Of a DNA stretch of 64,000 nt, positions 35,640 through 49,133 are shown one piece after another; the stretch's first letter is position 1; every line of letters starts with the position of its first letter. Both the position numbers and the translations under genes were made by a program. This stretch comes from Chiloscyllium plagiosum. Taxonomy: Eukaryota. A model generated the notes under the pieces. That model did no database searches and was not told where the DNA came from. It saw only the letters and a list, made by a program, of their open reading frames with translations. The DNA lies in NCBI RefSeq assembly GCF_004010195.1, contig NC_057719.1:57639023-57703022 (forward strand), read 5' to 3'.

Positions 35640-37770
35640 TATAGGAAAACACAATACAATGAAGTGGAGTCAACATGCATTAGTGAAAGGGATATAATAT
35701 TTTACCAATTTTTCACAGTTCTTTGAAGAAGTAACAAACAAAGTGGACAAAGGGGAGGCTGTGGATGTGGTACATTTGGACTTTTAAAAGGGAATTGATA
35801 GGATGCCACTTCAAAGGTTATTACACAAAATAAGAGCTTACGGTGCATGACGCCAAACTTGGAGGTGTAGTGGACAGCAAAGGAGGTTACCTCAGAGTAT
35901 AAAAGGATCTTGATCAGATTGTCCAATGGGCTGAGGAGTGGCAGATGGAGTTTAATTTAGATAAGTGTGAGTTGCTACATTTTGGAAAGGCTAATCAGGG
36001 CAGGATTTACACACTTAATGGTAACGTTCTAGGGAGCATTGTTGAATGAAGAGACCTTTAAAGTGGCGTCGCAGGTAGCTAGGATAGTGATGAAGGCGTT
36101 TGGTATGTTTTATTTTAATGGTCAAAGTATTGAGTACAGGGGTCGGGAGGTCATGTTGCGGCTGTACAGGACATTGGTTAGACCACAGTTGGAATATTGC
36201 GTGCAACTCTGGTCTCCTTCCTATTCGGAAGGATGTTGTGAAACTTGAAAGGGTTCAGAAAAGATTTACAAGCATGTTGCCACGGTTGGAGGATTTGAGC
36301 TATAGAGTGAGGTTGAATAGGTTAGGGCTGTTTTCCCTGGAGTGTTGAAAGCTGAAGGGTGACCTTATAGAGGTTTAGAAAATCATAAGGGACATGGATA
36401 GAATAAATAGACAAAGTCTTTTCCCTGGGCTGGGGGAGTCCAGAATTGGAGGGTGAGAGGGGAAAGATATAAAAGAGACCTAAGGGGCAACATTTTCATG
36501 CAGAGGGTGGTGCATGTATGGAATGAACTGCTAGAGGAAGTGATGGAGGCTAGTACAATTGCAACATTTAAAAGGCATCTGGATGGGTATATGAATAGGA
36601 AGGGTTTGGAGGGATTTGGGCCAGGTGCTGGCAGGTGGGACTAGATTGGGTTAGGATATTTGGTTGGCATGAATAAGTTGGACCAAATGGTCAGTTTCTA
36701 TGCTGTACATCTCTATGACTCTATGATAGAGAATCAGTTTGTTAATGCAACACAGAGGGGAGGAATAAGTGGGTCAATCTGTAGCCAGAGGAGTTCCACA
36801 GGGACCTGTGCTGTGGCCTCAACTATTTAGAATCCACACTAATGACTTGGATGAAGGAACTGAATATACATTTGTTAAACGCATTGATGATACAAAGATA
36901 GGTAGGAAAGTAAATTGTCGAGAGGACATAGTGTCTACAAAAGATTTAAGCAGATTCATTGAGTAGGTAAAAATAGTGGCAAATGAAATATCTTGGGGGA
37001 AAATATAAACTTGCCCATTTTAGAAAGACAAATAAACAAACAGTATGTTATTTAAATGTGAAGAGACAGCAGAACTCTGTAGAACAGAGGAATCTCAGTG
37101 TCTTTCTGTATAATTCATTAAAAAAGTATGCAAGTACAGCAAATGGTTCAGACGGTAAATAGAATGTTGGCATTTATGGCAAGGTGAATTGAGTATAAAA
37201 GTGAGTAAGTGTTGTTAGTGAATACTGGAGTTGCTACAGAGTGTACAGAGTCTTAGTGCGACAACATCTGCTTTGGCTATAATATTGGTGCCCTTAGTAA
37301 AGAAAAATGATAGAATTGCTTTAGAAGGAGATCAGAGAATGTTCACAGGATTGATTCCTCGGTTGAAGAAATCAGCTTGTGAGAAAATGTTGAGCAGATT
37401 TTGTTTATACCTATTGAATTTTAAAGGCAATGTGATTAAGTGGCTATTGAAAGAATGTTTCCACTTGTAGTAGAGCCTCAAATTATGGCACAAAGATGTA
37501 AAAGTTAGGAGTCACCCACTTAACACTGATGTGAGAATTCTTTTTTCAGACCATCATTGGCAATGATCTTCCCTGAGATCAGTGGAGGCTGGTTTATTGA
37601 ATATGTTCAAGGCTGAGTAAGATAGATTTTTGATCAACAAGGGTGTCAAGAATAATGAGGGGCTAATAGGAAAGTGGAAATAAGACCAATGTCAGATCAT
37701 CCATGATCTGATGAAATGGTTGAACAGCCTAGAGGGGCTAAATGACTTATTCCTGCTTCTAATTCTGGTG
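35640..37770 (+). mobile_element. Older CR1 fragment (35640-35850 + 36726-37770) with a younger CR1 nested at ~35851-36725
   Basis: RT motifs in both; the younger copy ends (CTATGACT)n at 36712-36725 and closely resembles 27050-28125. Confidence 0.82.
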
Positions 37771-38563
37771 CTTACTCCTAAAAGTGAGGCACCACCAATA
37801 ACCAAGGATCTTCAGTTTTTTTACCGTGACGGATTGCAAGAGGACTAGTACATATTAATCATTAGAAAACTAGTTCTATGAATGTGCATCTTTTCAGAAA
37901 TTAAGAGATAAAATTGTAGAACCTATCATATTGAAAGAACTTAGTCTTTCGTGTAATTTTATCTTACCATAAAACAACTAAAACAAGACGTTTGATGTAG
38001 ATACCTTGAAATATGCAACGCCTAGCTTTACAATAACGTTTTAACAATTTTTTATTTATTTCAATATTTTTGATGATTGAAAATGTCAAGTGTTGTCGAC
38101 TATAACAACATACATGTGAAATATGGAAAGTCTTTTTGAACAGACTGTATATAGTTTTTGCAATCAGAAAGTCTAGCCAGCTAAATTAACCTCACAAGGG
38201 AAATTATTAATCAAAAAGGAAAACCATCCAAGGTATTAAGAGGTCAGTGAAATTTCTCATCTACAAAGCCAATCAAGTGGAACTTCAATAATCACGATTT
38301 GGCAATCTTGTATTCTGGGTGCAAGTGAGCATAAGTTAATGATTAGACAACAATTTTGGACTCTTTGACCTATATACCCTTCAATTGCAGCTTCTACAAG
38401 GAGTTTCAAATTAATGTATTTATCTTATTAAGTCTGTCCATGTAAAGTGCTAGTCGAGACATAATCCCATGTGGACACTCATGTTGTATGGCACCTCCAA
38501 TGTGTAAAATGGGTTATATCTGAACTGATCTAGCAACTCAAAAGAAGGCATCTGTGAGGCATT

Positions 38564-38640
38564 ATGCCCGAAACGTCAATTCTCCTGTTCCCTGGATGCT
38601 GCCTGACCTGCTGCGCTTTTCCAGCAACACATTTCCAGCT
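38564..38640 (+). mobile_element. 77-bp Penelope-like pLTR fragment between ~50-bp direct repeats
   Basis: ATGCCCGAAACGTCAATTCTCC...CAGCAACACATTTCCAGCT matches the reverse complement of 43827-43904. Confidence 0.8.
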
Positions 38641-38689
38641 TATTTCTAAACTGATCTAGCAACTCAAAAGAAGGCATCTGTGAGGCATT

Positions 38690-39120
38690 GTAGGCTGTCA
38701 GCATCAGCAGAATTGTATTGAACCACAATCTGCAACCTCATGGCCTAGCAAATACCTCACATTGTCATTACATTCAGGCCATGGGACCAAATATGGTTCA
38801 ATGGGCAGTGTAGGAGTACATGCAGGGGGCAATTCCAAGCATACCAAAAAATTCAATGTCAACCTAATGAAGTTACAACAAAAAACAGAAATAGCATGCT
38901 ATAGATGGAGCTAAGTGTTCCCACAACCACTGGATCAGATAAAAAAATCTGCAGTCCTGCCTTACCTAGTTGTGAACAGTGGAGGCCATCTAAATGATTA
39001 ACTGAAGGAGGAGTGTCCAAAAACATTCCCATATCAGTGCAAAATACAAGACTGATGCATTTGCAACCATCTCTACTCAGACGTACCTACATTGGCCTTC
39101 TCCTGAGGTCACCAGCATCA
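38690..39120 (+). mobile_element. Decayed internal fragment of LINE family A
   Basis: Homologous to 18620-19110 (CAGCAGAATTGTA...TGGATCAGAT...CTGCAGTCCTGCC). Confidence 0.7.
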
Positions 39121-40949
39121 CTCAAGCTTTATGATCAATAAATCACTCATAAGATCTTACATTATGACAAGATGGAAATTGAATTGAGAGCCATTAAACT
39201 GGGATTGGTAGTCTGATGAGCCAAAGGTGAAACCCAGCATACAGGCAGAAGCCATGAGACCAGCTCAGCAATCCAAATCCAGAATTAAGAAAAATATTTG
39301 AAGTGAAGCTTGGCACTAGTATAGGTCATCCAGTAATAGATTCGCCGATAGCAATCCATGAGTGGACCAACAATAGGGGATGCATAGAGCATGAATGAAC
39401 CCTTACTGAGAAATGTGAAAGACCCACAGCAACAATTAAACTCCCTGGAAGTACAGCTGTGCAAGACACATTCTGGCACAAAGGGATGAAAGGAAGGAAA
39501 ATTAATTTTAAATTGGATACCAGAACAATTGTATTATTTCTTTCAGATGTTACACCACAGTTGAGGCCAAAGATCTTCAGACTGCCTTCATTCACTTTTG
39601 AAGCTTGGGAAGGAGTAGAATCAGAATGATGGGCCAGATGTATGGTACATTTTGCACAACGAGCGATCACAGCGATCTTGTTAGGGTTCCTAATCATTAT
39701 GGTTCTTTAATGAGCAGGGCTGCTTGTATAGCTTTAAACAATCTTCACTGAGGGTTAGACAATGAAGACACTGCCCTGAGAGTGGGTTAGACAATTTCTC
39801 AGAACAGAAGCGGAAAAGACCCAGCCACCAGAGGGCCTTCAGAACCATGGTTTGCTCTTTCGACACATTCACAAAAAAGGAAACAGTCAATCAAGTTGTT
39901 CATTTAGTGGAATCTGAAATTGTGGGCCACCTCCACCATTAAATTTGGAGGTCACTGTTCTTGAAAACAAAATGGCATTTTTGATGAGAATTAGCTGTCT
40001 TGAATGGTATGTAGGAGTAAATTTCTCTTTTTATTACACATCACCCACCAAGGAGACACAGCAACAACAGCAAGCACAGTTAATTCAATACATTTTTCCT
40101 AGCGTAGAACCATGACTATTCCTGGGAAGCAAGGAAAAGAAAACTTACACTGAATCACTAATGGAAACATGTGAAGCTACAAATATTTCTACAACCAGTA
40201 AGAGACCACAGAATCTGAGATATCTACAGTTATGCAGTTAAACAAAGACTTTCAATCATTCAGGCAAGATGCTTTGGAGATTAGAAACAAAATCAGGACC
40301 ATTGAAGCTTCAAACAGGGTAGATGGTTCCCCATCTGTACAGATAGAAGCTAAGTGTATGTGACATATCTTTGCAATCAGGAACAGAGAACATCAACATG
40401 AACTAGGCACATTCAGAGAAAAACCTCAATCCTCAGAAAAGTACCACCAAGAAGCAATGCAACAACACCAAATAACTAATAAAGAGCTATCCAGACAGAT
40501 AGATGACTGCAGCAGAAACCTATCATCAAGCCATAAATGAACTAGGAAGATTTTTCAGTCTAAACCTACAAGTCCAAATTCACTGAGACCTTGCAATTGC
40601 AGAATGCCTTGGTGAGGTTTTAAGTTGTGTAACAAAATAACCTTGAACATATCAAAACTCAGTTCAGTCAGATAAACCACTTCAGTTTGACTGCTGAATT
40701 AAAAGTACAGCTGTTAGCAGTCAAATAAAGCAATCAAGTGGAAAAGAGAAGAGGTATAATGTCTTGCATTCAGAAAACCAATGATCTCCCCTAAGGGACA
40801 CAATATATAGATATATATTGATGGAAGAAAAAGCCAGCTGTTGTAGAAATGTTCAGAACTGCAAGATCAGTGAATAATTAGCTTAAGAAAATTTTTGTAA
40901 TGACACAGCCTTTCAAAAGAAAGCCTGGAGAGAGAAGAAGAACTTCTTA

Positions 40950-41143
40950 AAAATTTTTCTCATGGAATATGAGTGTCACCGGCAAGGCTAGAATTTGTTG
41001 CCCACTCATAATTGCAATTGAAATGAATGGCTTATTAGGTCATTTCAGATGTCAATTAAGAATTAACCACATTGCTGTGGGTCTGGGGTCACATGTAGGC
41101 CAAACCAGGTAAGGATGATAAATCTTCTTCCCTGATGGACATT
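40950..41143 (-). mobile_element. Deu-type SINE fragment
   Basis: Deu block plus GAAATGACCTAATAAGCCATTCA, then LINE-type tail. Confidence 0.7.
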
Positions 41144-42003
41144 TCTTTTATTCACTTATGGGGATGGGCATTGCTGCTTGTATCAGCATTTATTGCCAGT
41201 CCCGCTTGCCCTTGAGAAGGTGCCAATGAGCTGCTTTCTTGAACCGCTGCAGCCCTCGTGCTGTAAGTGCATGCACAATTGCGTTGGGCAGGGAATTCCA
41301 GGATTTTGTCCCAGTGACAGTGAAGGAATGGCAACATATTTCCAAGGCAGAATGGTGAGCAGCTTAGAGAAGAACTTGTTGTTCTCATATGTCTGCTGCC
41401 CTTATTCATCAAAATGGAAGTAGCCGTGATTTAGAAGGTGCTATCTAAGGATCTTTAGTGAATTTCTGCTGTACATCTTGTAGGTAGTACACACTTCTTC
41501 TACTGAGCATTGTTGGTGGAGCGAATGGATGCTTTTGGATGTGGTGCCAGTCAAGCAGCTGCTTTGCTGGCAGGTGTCAAGCTTGAGTGTTGTTGGAGTT
41601 GCACTCATCCAGGCAAGTGAGGAGTATTGCTCATCACACTCCTCACTAATGCCTTGTAGATGGTGGACAGGTTTTGAGAAGTCAGGAGGTGAGTTGGTCA
41701 CTGCAGTATTTCAAGCCTCTGGCCTGCTCTTGTAGCCACTTTGCCTATATGGTGAGTCCAGTTGAACTTCTGGGCAATGGTAACCCCCGGGATATTTATA
41801 GTGGGGCATTCAACAGTAGCACCATTGAATGCCATTGAAGGTGGTCATTGTCTGGCATTTGTGGGTGCAAAAGGTACTTGCCACTTATCAATCTAATCCT
41901 GGATATTGCCCAAATCTTGTTGCATTTGAACATGGACTACTTCAGTAGCTGAGGTGCCGTGAATGGTGCTGAACAATGCAATCATTGATGAGCATTCCCA
42001 CTT
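41144..42003 (-). mobile_element. LINE family A 3' fragment
   Basis: EVVHVQMQQDLGNIQD, SLAWMSATPTTLKLDT, TYKMYSRNSLKILR; homologous to 23985-24838. Confidence 0.85.
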
Positions 42004-42329
42004 CTTTCTTCTTTCTCTTAGACCAGGCCTAAATGAAATTAGGTGGCAGTTAAACAGGAACATTCCCTCTAAACTCACAGAAATGTTTATGTTGTGTTTT
42101 GATCTAATCCAGGCACAATCTCAATTACATAATCTTTGGAAGCTCTGGAAGTTCTTGGTATTTAACCAACATCCACCTTTCCATGACAAAGAAACCTTAG
42201 GGCTGGGGAGACTTCTCTTAATTCCCAAATAGCACCCACATGTTGGTTCAATGAAGCACATTCTTTTTGTTTATTCTTTTATGGCATGTCTGCAGTGCTG
42301 GCAAGGCCACTATTTGCTGTAACAAATAG

Positions 42330-43010
42330 TGTGGAGAGAAATCAGAGTTATTGTTTCAGGGCCAGCGACCCTTCTTCAGAATTGATGGTAGCTGAGAAGA
42401 GGATGATTTTCATACAGAAGATTTGGTGGTGGGATAGGTGAGGGGGAGGAGTAAATGATAGGTGGAAATAGAGCCCAATGTGAGACCTTGTTCCAGTCCT
42501 ACATTGGCTCCCACTTACAATTCCTTGTCTGGTATAATAATGACAGAAAAGATCCCAAGCTTCTTGTTACCTGCTAGTTCAACACACCACCTGTTCCCTG
42601 GCCAACATCTCTGTCTTAGTCTTGTTGCAGTGCTCCAGTGAAGCTCAGTGCAAGCTGAAAGAGCAGTACCTCATTTTTTGGTTGGGAACCTTGCAGCCTT
42701 CTGGACGTAATATCGGTTTCAACAATTTTAGGGCTGGAGCAACTTTCCCCATGCTTCCTGCCACCCTCACATACCAGGTCTTGTCATCATATGGCTGCTA
42801 CCACACACTACTCATTGGCTGCTACTAATAGATCCCATTAGTAGCTATTCATTATCCAAGGCTGGTCTTTATCCATTCCCTTGTCCAACAGTTTTTCTCT
42901 GTTTGGGCTCTATCTCCAACTATTGTTTACTCCTCTCCAACCCCAACCATCTTATTTTCTGTGTAAAACAATTCTTTGCCTAGCTACCATCAGTTCTGAA
43001 GAAGGGCTAC
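42330..43010. mobile_element. Penelope-like remnants in inverted arrangement (minus ~42335-42480, plus ~42540-43010)
   Basis: GLLQCSSEAQCKLKEQYLIFWLGTLQPSGRNI-type GIY-YIG C-terminus; CTGAAGAAGGG hammerhead core on both arms. Confidence 0.75.
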
Positions 43011-43792
43011 TAATTCTACTTTCTCTTTGTTTCTGTTTGTTTCGGATCTTCATAATCCGCAGTACTTTTATTTAATATTCCCTCTGTGGCTTTTCTACCA
43101 TCTGCACCTGAAATGCATATAGCAAGCAGTTATTTTTTACAAAGAGTCAGAAGTCTGTACACACAAAAGCCAGTGAGAGAGAAAAGGTATGGGAGAAATA
43201 GTTGGTGAGAGAATGAGAGTCATGAAGTGGCAGAGAATCAGCATGTCATTGATGTGGGAGCAAAGGGTGGAAGTGAATTAGTGTACTCTTTTATATTGTG
43301 TAATGAAGATGCATTATCTGAAAATTAATTGGAACATTATCGACTGGACAAATACCTATATCTTGGGCAGGTTGAACACTGTTTTGCAAAGAAAAGAAGA
43401 CTAGCTGCAGTAAGGAATATGTTGTATTTGCAAAAAACACAAGTTGTTTGCCTGGAGTCACTGCATCTACAATATGTTCAGAGAGAAGTCATGTGACCCA
43501 ATTTGTAGGTGAAAAAAGTTGCCAGGTGAAATATAACTGATATGAGAATGATTATGACCCAAGACATGATGTGTGGCAGAATCGAAACAAGAATGGCGAG
43601 GCAAAAATCAATAATAGGAGCAACGCATGCCCTTTTTATGCTTTTCACAAGTGGTGTGATGAGATTCTCACTAGAAAGTGGTGAGTTGCCAATTGCTAAC
43701 TGGAGATTATTCATTGCTAAATGCCTTGTTAAAAGTCCAATTCACATTATTATTCAGCCTCCCATATTCTCAACAAGCTTGACATCTAGAAA

Positions 43793-44599
43793 AGGAGAAA
43801 GTGAGGTCTGCAGATGCTGGAGATCAGAGCTGAAAATGTGTTGCTGGAGAAGAGCAGCAGATCAGGTAGCATCCATGGAACAGGAGAATTGACATTTCGG
43901 GCATGAGCCCTTCTTCAGGAATGAGGAAAGTTTGTCCAGCAGGCTAAGATAAAAGGTAGGGAGGACGGACTTGGAGGAGGGGCGTCGGAAATGCGATAGG
44001 TGGAAAGAGGTCAAGGTGAGGGTGATAGGTCAGACTGGGGTGGGGGCGGAGAGGTCAGGAAGAAGATTGCAGGTTAGGAAGGCGCTGCTGAATTCGATGG
44101 ATTTGACTGAGACAAGGTGGGGGGAGGGGAAATGAGGAAACTGGTGAAACCCGCGTTCCTGCCTTGTGGTTGGAGGGTTCCTAGGCAGAAGATGAGGCGC
44201 TCTTCCTCCAACCATCATTTTGTTGTGGTCTGGCGATGGAGGAGTCAAAAGTTTCTTTTGGGGCCTTGGAGGGAGGTGAGGGGGGAGGTGTGGGCGCAAG
44301 TCTTGCACCTCCTGCGGTTGCAGGGGAAGGTGCCGGGAGTGGAGGTTGGGTTGGTGGGGGGTGTGGATCTGACGAGGGAGTCACGGAGGGAGTGGTCTTT
44401 ACGGAATGCTGATAGAAGAGGGGAGGGAAATATATCCTTGGTGGTGGGGTCCGTTTGGAGGTGGCAGAAATGACGGCGGCTGATGCGCTGTACATGGAGA
44501 TTGGTGGGGTGGTAGGTGAGGACCAGTGGGGTTCTGTCCTGATGGCGGTTGGAGGGGCGGGGCTCAAGGGCGGAGGAGCGGGAAGTGGAAGAGATGCCC
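43793..44599 (-). mobile_element. Penelope-like element 3' part with pLTR and hammerhead motif
   Basis: Homologous to 19607-20030; hammerhead core 43918-43891; upstream part resembles the PLE RT-endonuclease linker. Confidence 0.85.
43891..43918 (-). ncRNA. Minimal type I hammerhead ribozyme motif
   Basis: CUGAAGA-A-GGGC-UCAU-GCCC-GAAA-UGUC: intact CUGANGA and GAAA boxes, 4-bp stem II, GUC triplet; the stem III palindrome (ACGU in the 38564 copy) is mutated here. Confidence 0.6.
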
Positions 44600-47500
44600 T
44601 CCTTGTAATGCTGTGACTATCCTTGTAATGCTGTGGGTATCCTTGTAATGCTGTGGCTATCCTTGCAATGCTGTGACTATCCTTATAATGCTGCAACTAA
44701 CCTTGCAATGCTGTAGCTATCCTTTCAATGCTGTGACTATCCTTGCAATGCTGCAATGATCCTTGCAATGCTGTGGTTATCCTTGTTAGCTGTGACTATC
44801 CTTGTAATGCTGTGGGTATCCTTGCAATGCTGTGACTATCCTTGTAATGCTGTGGTTATCCTTGTAATGCTGTGACTATTCTTGTAATGCTGTGGGTATC
44901 CTTGTAATGCTGTGGCTATCCTTGCAATGCTGTGGCTATCCTTGTAATGCTGCAACTATCCTTGCAATGCTGTAGCTATCCTTGTAATGGTGCGACTACT
45001 CTTGCAATGCTGTGGCTATCCTTGCAATGCTATGACTATCCTTGTAATGCTGCAACTAACCTTGCAATGCTGTAGCTATCCTTGCAATGCTGTGGCTGTC
45101 CTTGCAATGCTGTGACTATCCTTGCAATGCTGCAACTATCCTTGTAATGCTGCAACTATTCTTGCACTGCTGCAACTATCCTTGTAATGCCGCAACTATC
45201 CTTGCAATGCTGTGACTATCCTTGTAATGCTGTGATTATCATTGCACTGCTGCAACTATCCTTGCACTGCTGCATCTATCCTTGCAATGCTGTGCCTATC
45301 CTTGCAATGCTGTGACTATCCTTGTAACACTGCGACTATCCTTATAATGCTGTGACTATCCTTGTAATGCTGCAACTATCCTTGCAACGCTGTGACTATC
45401 CTTGTAATGCTGTGACTATCCTTGCAATGCTGTTGACTGTCCTTGGAATGCTGTGATTATCGTTGCACTGCTGCAACTATTCTTATAATGCTGTGGCTAT
45501 CGTTGTAATGCTGTGACTATCCTTGCAATGCTGTGACTATCCTTGTAAAGCTGCGACTATTCTTGCAATGCTGTGACGATCCTTATAATGCTGCGACTAT
45601 CTTTGCAATGCTGTGACTATCCCTGTAATGCGCAACTATCCTTGCAATGCTGTGACTATCCTTGTAATGCTGTGACTATCCTTGTAATGCTGCAACTATC
45701 CTTGCAATGCTACAACTATCCTTGTAATGCTGTCACTGTCCTTGTAATGCTGTGATTATCGTTGCACTGCTGCAACTATCCTTGCAATGCTGTGCCTATC
45801 CTTGCAGTGCTGTGACTATCCTTGTAATGCTGTGATTATCCTTGCACTGCTGCAACTATCCTTGCAATGCTGTGACTATCCTCGTGATGCTGCGACTATC
45901 CTTGTAATGCTGTGACTATTGTTGCACTGCTGCAACTATCCTTGCAATGCTGCAACTATCCTTGTAATGCTGTGACTATCGTTACAATGCTGTGACTATC
46001 CTTGCACTGATGAAACTATCCTTGCATTGCTGCAACTATCCTTGTAATGCTGCGACTATCCTTGCAATGCGACAACTATCCTTGTAATGCTGTGACTATC
46101 GTTACAATGCTGCAACTATCCTTGCAATGCTGCAACTATCCTTGTAATGCTGTGAGTATTGTTACAATGCTGCAACTGTCCTTGCACTGCTGCAACTATA
46201 ATTGTAATGCTGTGACTGTCCTTGTAATGCTGTGATTATCGTTGCACTGCTGCAACTATCCTTGCAATGCTGTGCCTATCCTTGCAGTGCTGTGACTATC
46301 CTTGTAATGCTGTGATTATCCTTGCACTGCTGTGACTATCCTTGTAATGCTGCGACTATCCTTGCAATGCTGCAACTATCCTTGCAATGCTGTTGACTGT
46401 CCTTGTAATGCTGTGATTATCGTTGCACTGCTGCAACTATCCTTATAATGCTGTGGCTATCATTGTAATGCTGTGACTATCCTTGCAATGCTGCAACTAT
46501 CTTTGTAATGCTGCAACTATCCTTGCAATGCTGTGACTATCCTTGCAATGCTGTGACTATCCTTATAATGCTGTGACTATCCTTGTAATGCTGCAACTAT
46601 CCTTGCAATGCTGTGACTATCCCTGTAATGCTGCAACTATCCTTGCAATGCTGTGGGTATCCTTGTAATGCTGTGACTATCCTTGCACTGCTGCAATTAT
46701 CCTTGCAATGCTGTGCCTATCCTTGCACTGCTGAAACTATCCTTGCATTGCTGCAACTATCCTTGTAATGCTGTGACTATCCTTGCAATGCGACAACTAT
46801 CCTTGTAATGCTGTGACTATTGTTACAATGCTGCGACTATCCTTGCGTTGCTGCAACTATCCTTGCAAACTGCAACTATCCTTGCAAACTGCAACTATCC
46901 TTGCAATGCTGTGACTATTGTTACAATGCTGCAACTATCCTTGCAATGCTGCAACTATCCTTGTAATGCTGTGAGTATTGTTACAATGCTGCAACTGTCC
47001 TTGCACTGCTGCAACTATAATTGTAATGCTGTGACTAACTTTGTAATGCTGCAACTATCCTTGCAATGCTGTGGCTATCCTTGTAATGCTGCGACTATTC
47101 TTGCAATGCTGTGGCTATCCTTGCAATGCTGTGACTATCCTTGTAATGCTGCAACTAACCTTGCAATGCTGTAGCTATCCTTGCAATGTTGTGACTATCC
47201 TTGTAATGCTGCAACTATCCTTGCAATGCTGCAATTATCCTTGCAATGCTGCAATTATCCTTGCACTGCTGCAACTATTCTTGCAATACTGTGGCTATCC
47301 TTGTAATGCTGTGACTATCCTTGCAATGCTGCGACTATCCTTGTAATGCTGCAACTATTCTTGCACTGCTGCAACTATCCTTGCAATGCTGTGGCTACCC
47401 TTGCAATGCTGCAACTATCCTTGTAATGCCGCAACTATCCTTGTAATGCTGCAGCTATCCTTGCAATGCTGTGACTATCCTTGTAATGCTGTGACTATCC

Positions 47501-48404
47501 TTTCACTGCCGCAATTATCCTTGCAATGCTGATACTATCCTTGTAATGCTGCGACTATCCTTGCAATGCTGTGACTATCCTTGTAATGTTGCGACTATAC
47601 TTGTAATGCTGTGATTATCGTTGCACTGCTGCAACTTTCCGTATAATGCTGCGGCTATCCTTGTAATGCTGTGACTATCCTTGCACTGCTGCAACTATCC
47701 TTGCAATGCTGTGCCTATCCTTGCAATGCTGTGACTATCCTTGTAACTCTGTGACTATCCTTGCACTACTGCAATCATCCTTGCAATGCTGTGCCTATCC
47801 TTGCATTGCTGTGACTATCCTTGTAATTCTGTGACTATCCTTGCACTGCTGCAACTATTCTTGCAATGCTGTGCCTATCCTTGTAATGCTGTGATTATCA
47901 TTCCACTGCTGCAACTATCCTTGCACTGCTGCAACTATCCTTGTAATGCTGTGACTATCCTTGTAACACTGCGACTATCCTTGTAACACTGCGACTATCC
48001 TTGTAATGCTGCGACTATTCTTGCAATGCTGTGACTATCCTTGTAATGCTGCAACTATCCTTGCAATGCTGTGACTATCCTTGTAATGCTGTGACTATCC
48101 TTGCACTGCTGTAACTATCCTTGCAATGCTGTGCCTATCCTTGCAGTGCTGTGACTATCCTTGTAATGTTGTGATTATCCTTGCACTGCTGCAACTATCC
48201 TTGCACTGCTGCACATATCCTTGCAATGCTGTGACTATCCTCGTGATGCTGCGACTATCCTGGTAATGCTGTGACTATCCTTGTAATGCTGCAACTATCC
48301 TTGCAATGCTGTGACTATCCTTGTAATGCTGCGACTATCCTTGTAATGCTGTGACTATCGTTATAATGCTGTGACTATCCTTGCTCAGCTGAAACTATCC
48401 TTGC
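44600..48404. repeat. 20-bp tandem array, left part (~190 units)
   Basis: Consensus CCTTG(C/T)AATGCTG(TG/CA/CG)ACTAT repeated head to tail with no spacers. Confidence 0.97.
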
Positions 48405-49133
48405 TGTGGGATATAGGTAAATTAATGTTTCTTCTGCAGTTCTGTAATTCTGCAATTATAATTTCTGGTACAACGTAAATGAACTCACATCAGTGTGTAA
48501 TTGTTTTGGCCAAGAGCTGAGTCAATAAGAATGGAAACTATGTGGAGGAAATATATAATTGTTTTTGTATTAGTTAAAGTGGTATGCCAGCGTGAAACTT
48601 GATTGCAAAACAATGGTAGATATTATGGGCAAATAGATAAGATGTTGTGAGGGGATGAAGTTAGGCCAGATACGCCTGTACAAACATCTGTTTCCCACTT
48701 TTACAGAGACACAGAAACAAACCCCAATTAAAGAGGTCATAGAGATAAGAATGGCCTCCAGAGAGGCCCAGATGGAGAGAATAGATAATGATGAAGAAAG
48801 AATATGCCTAACAATGACCTGCAGTGGCCTTGTGAGGCCAGAAAAAAGCATTTTGTCACAGACAAGGCCGGATAAGGCCGGAGATAAATGGGAGTAATGG
48901 AGTCAGTCTTAGGGAAGTGGAGGATGTAAACGGGGGGTGGGGGAAACAATGAAATAAGAACAAAAAATGTAGGAACCAAATTATATAAATATCGAGAATT
49001 TGTTGAATTCTTTGTGTTTTGTCCCTGCTTTGTGGACATCACACCTGCTTGCAAGTGTAAAATAAATGACACTACTGATTCAGATCTTGTCTTGGACTGA
49101 AATTATTGAAGTGAGTGAGCTTTGTTTCTCACA
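48405..49133 (+). mobile_element. Solo LTR (729 bp) with 4-bp TSD TTGC
   Basis: TGTGGGA...TCTCACA termini (6/7 inverted match), TSD 48401-48404 and 49134-49137, TATATAAA 48982-48989, AATAAA 49061-49066. Confidence 0.88.

Noticed and set aside
39420..39560. Retroviral-type protease motif (FKLDTR)
   Set aside because: A single degenerate motif with no adjacent RT; possibly an old gypsy relic but unsupported.
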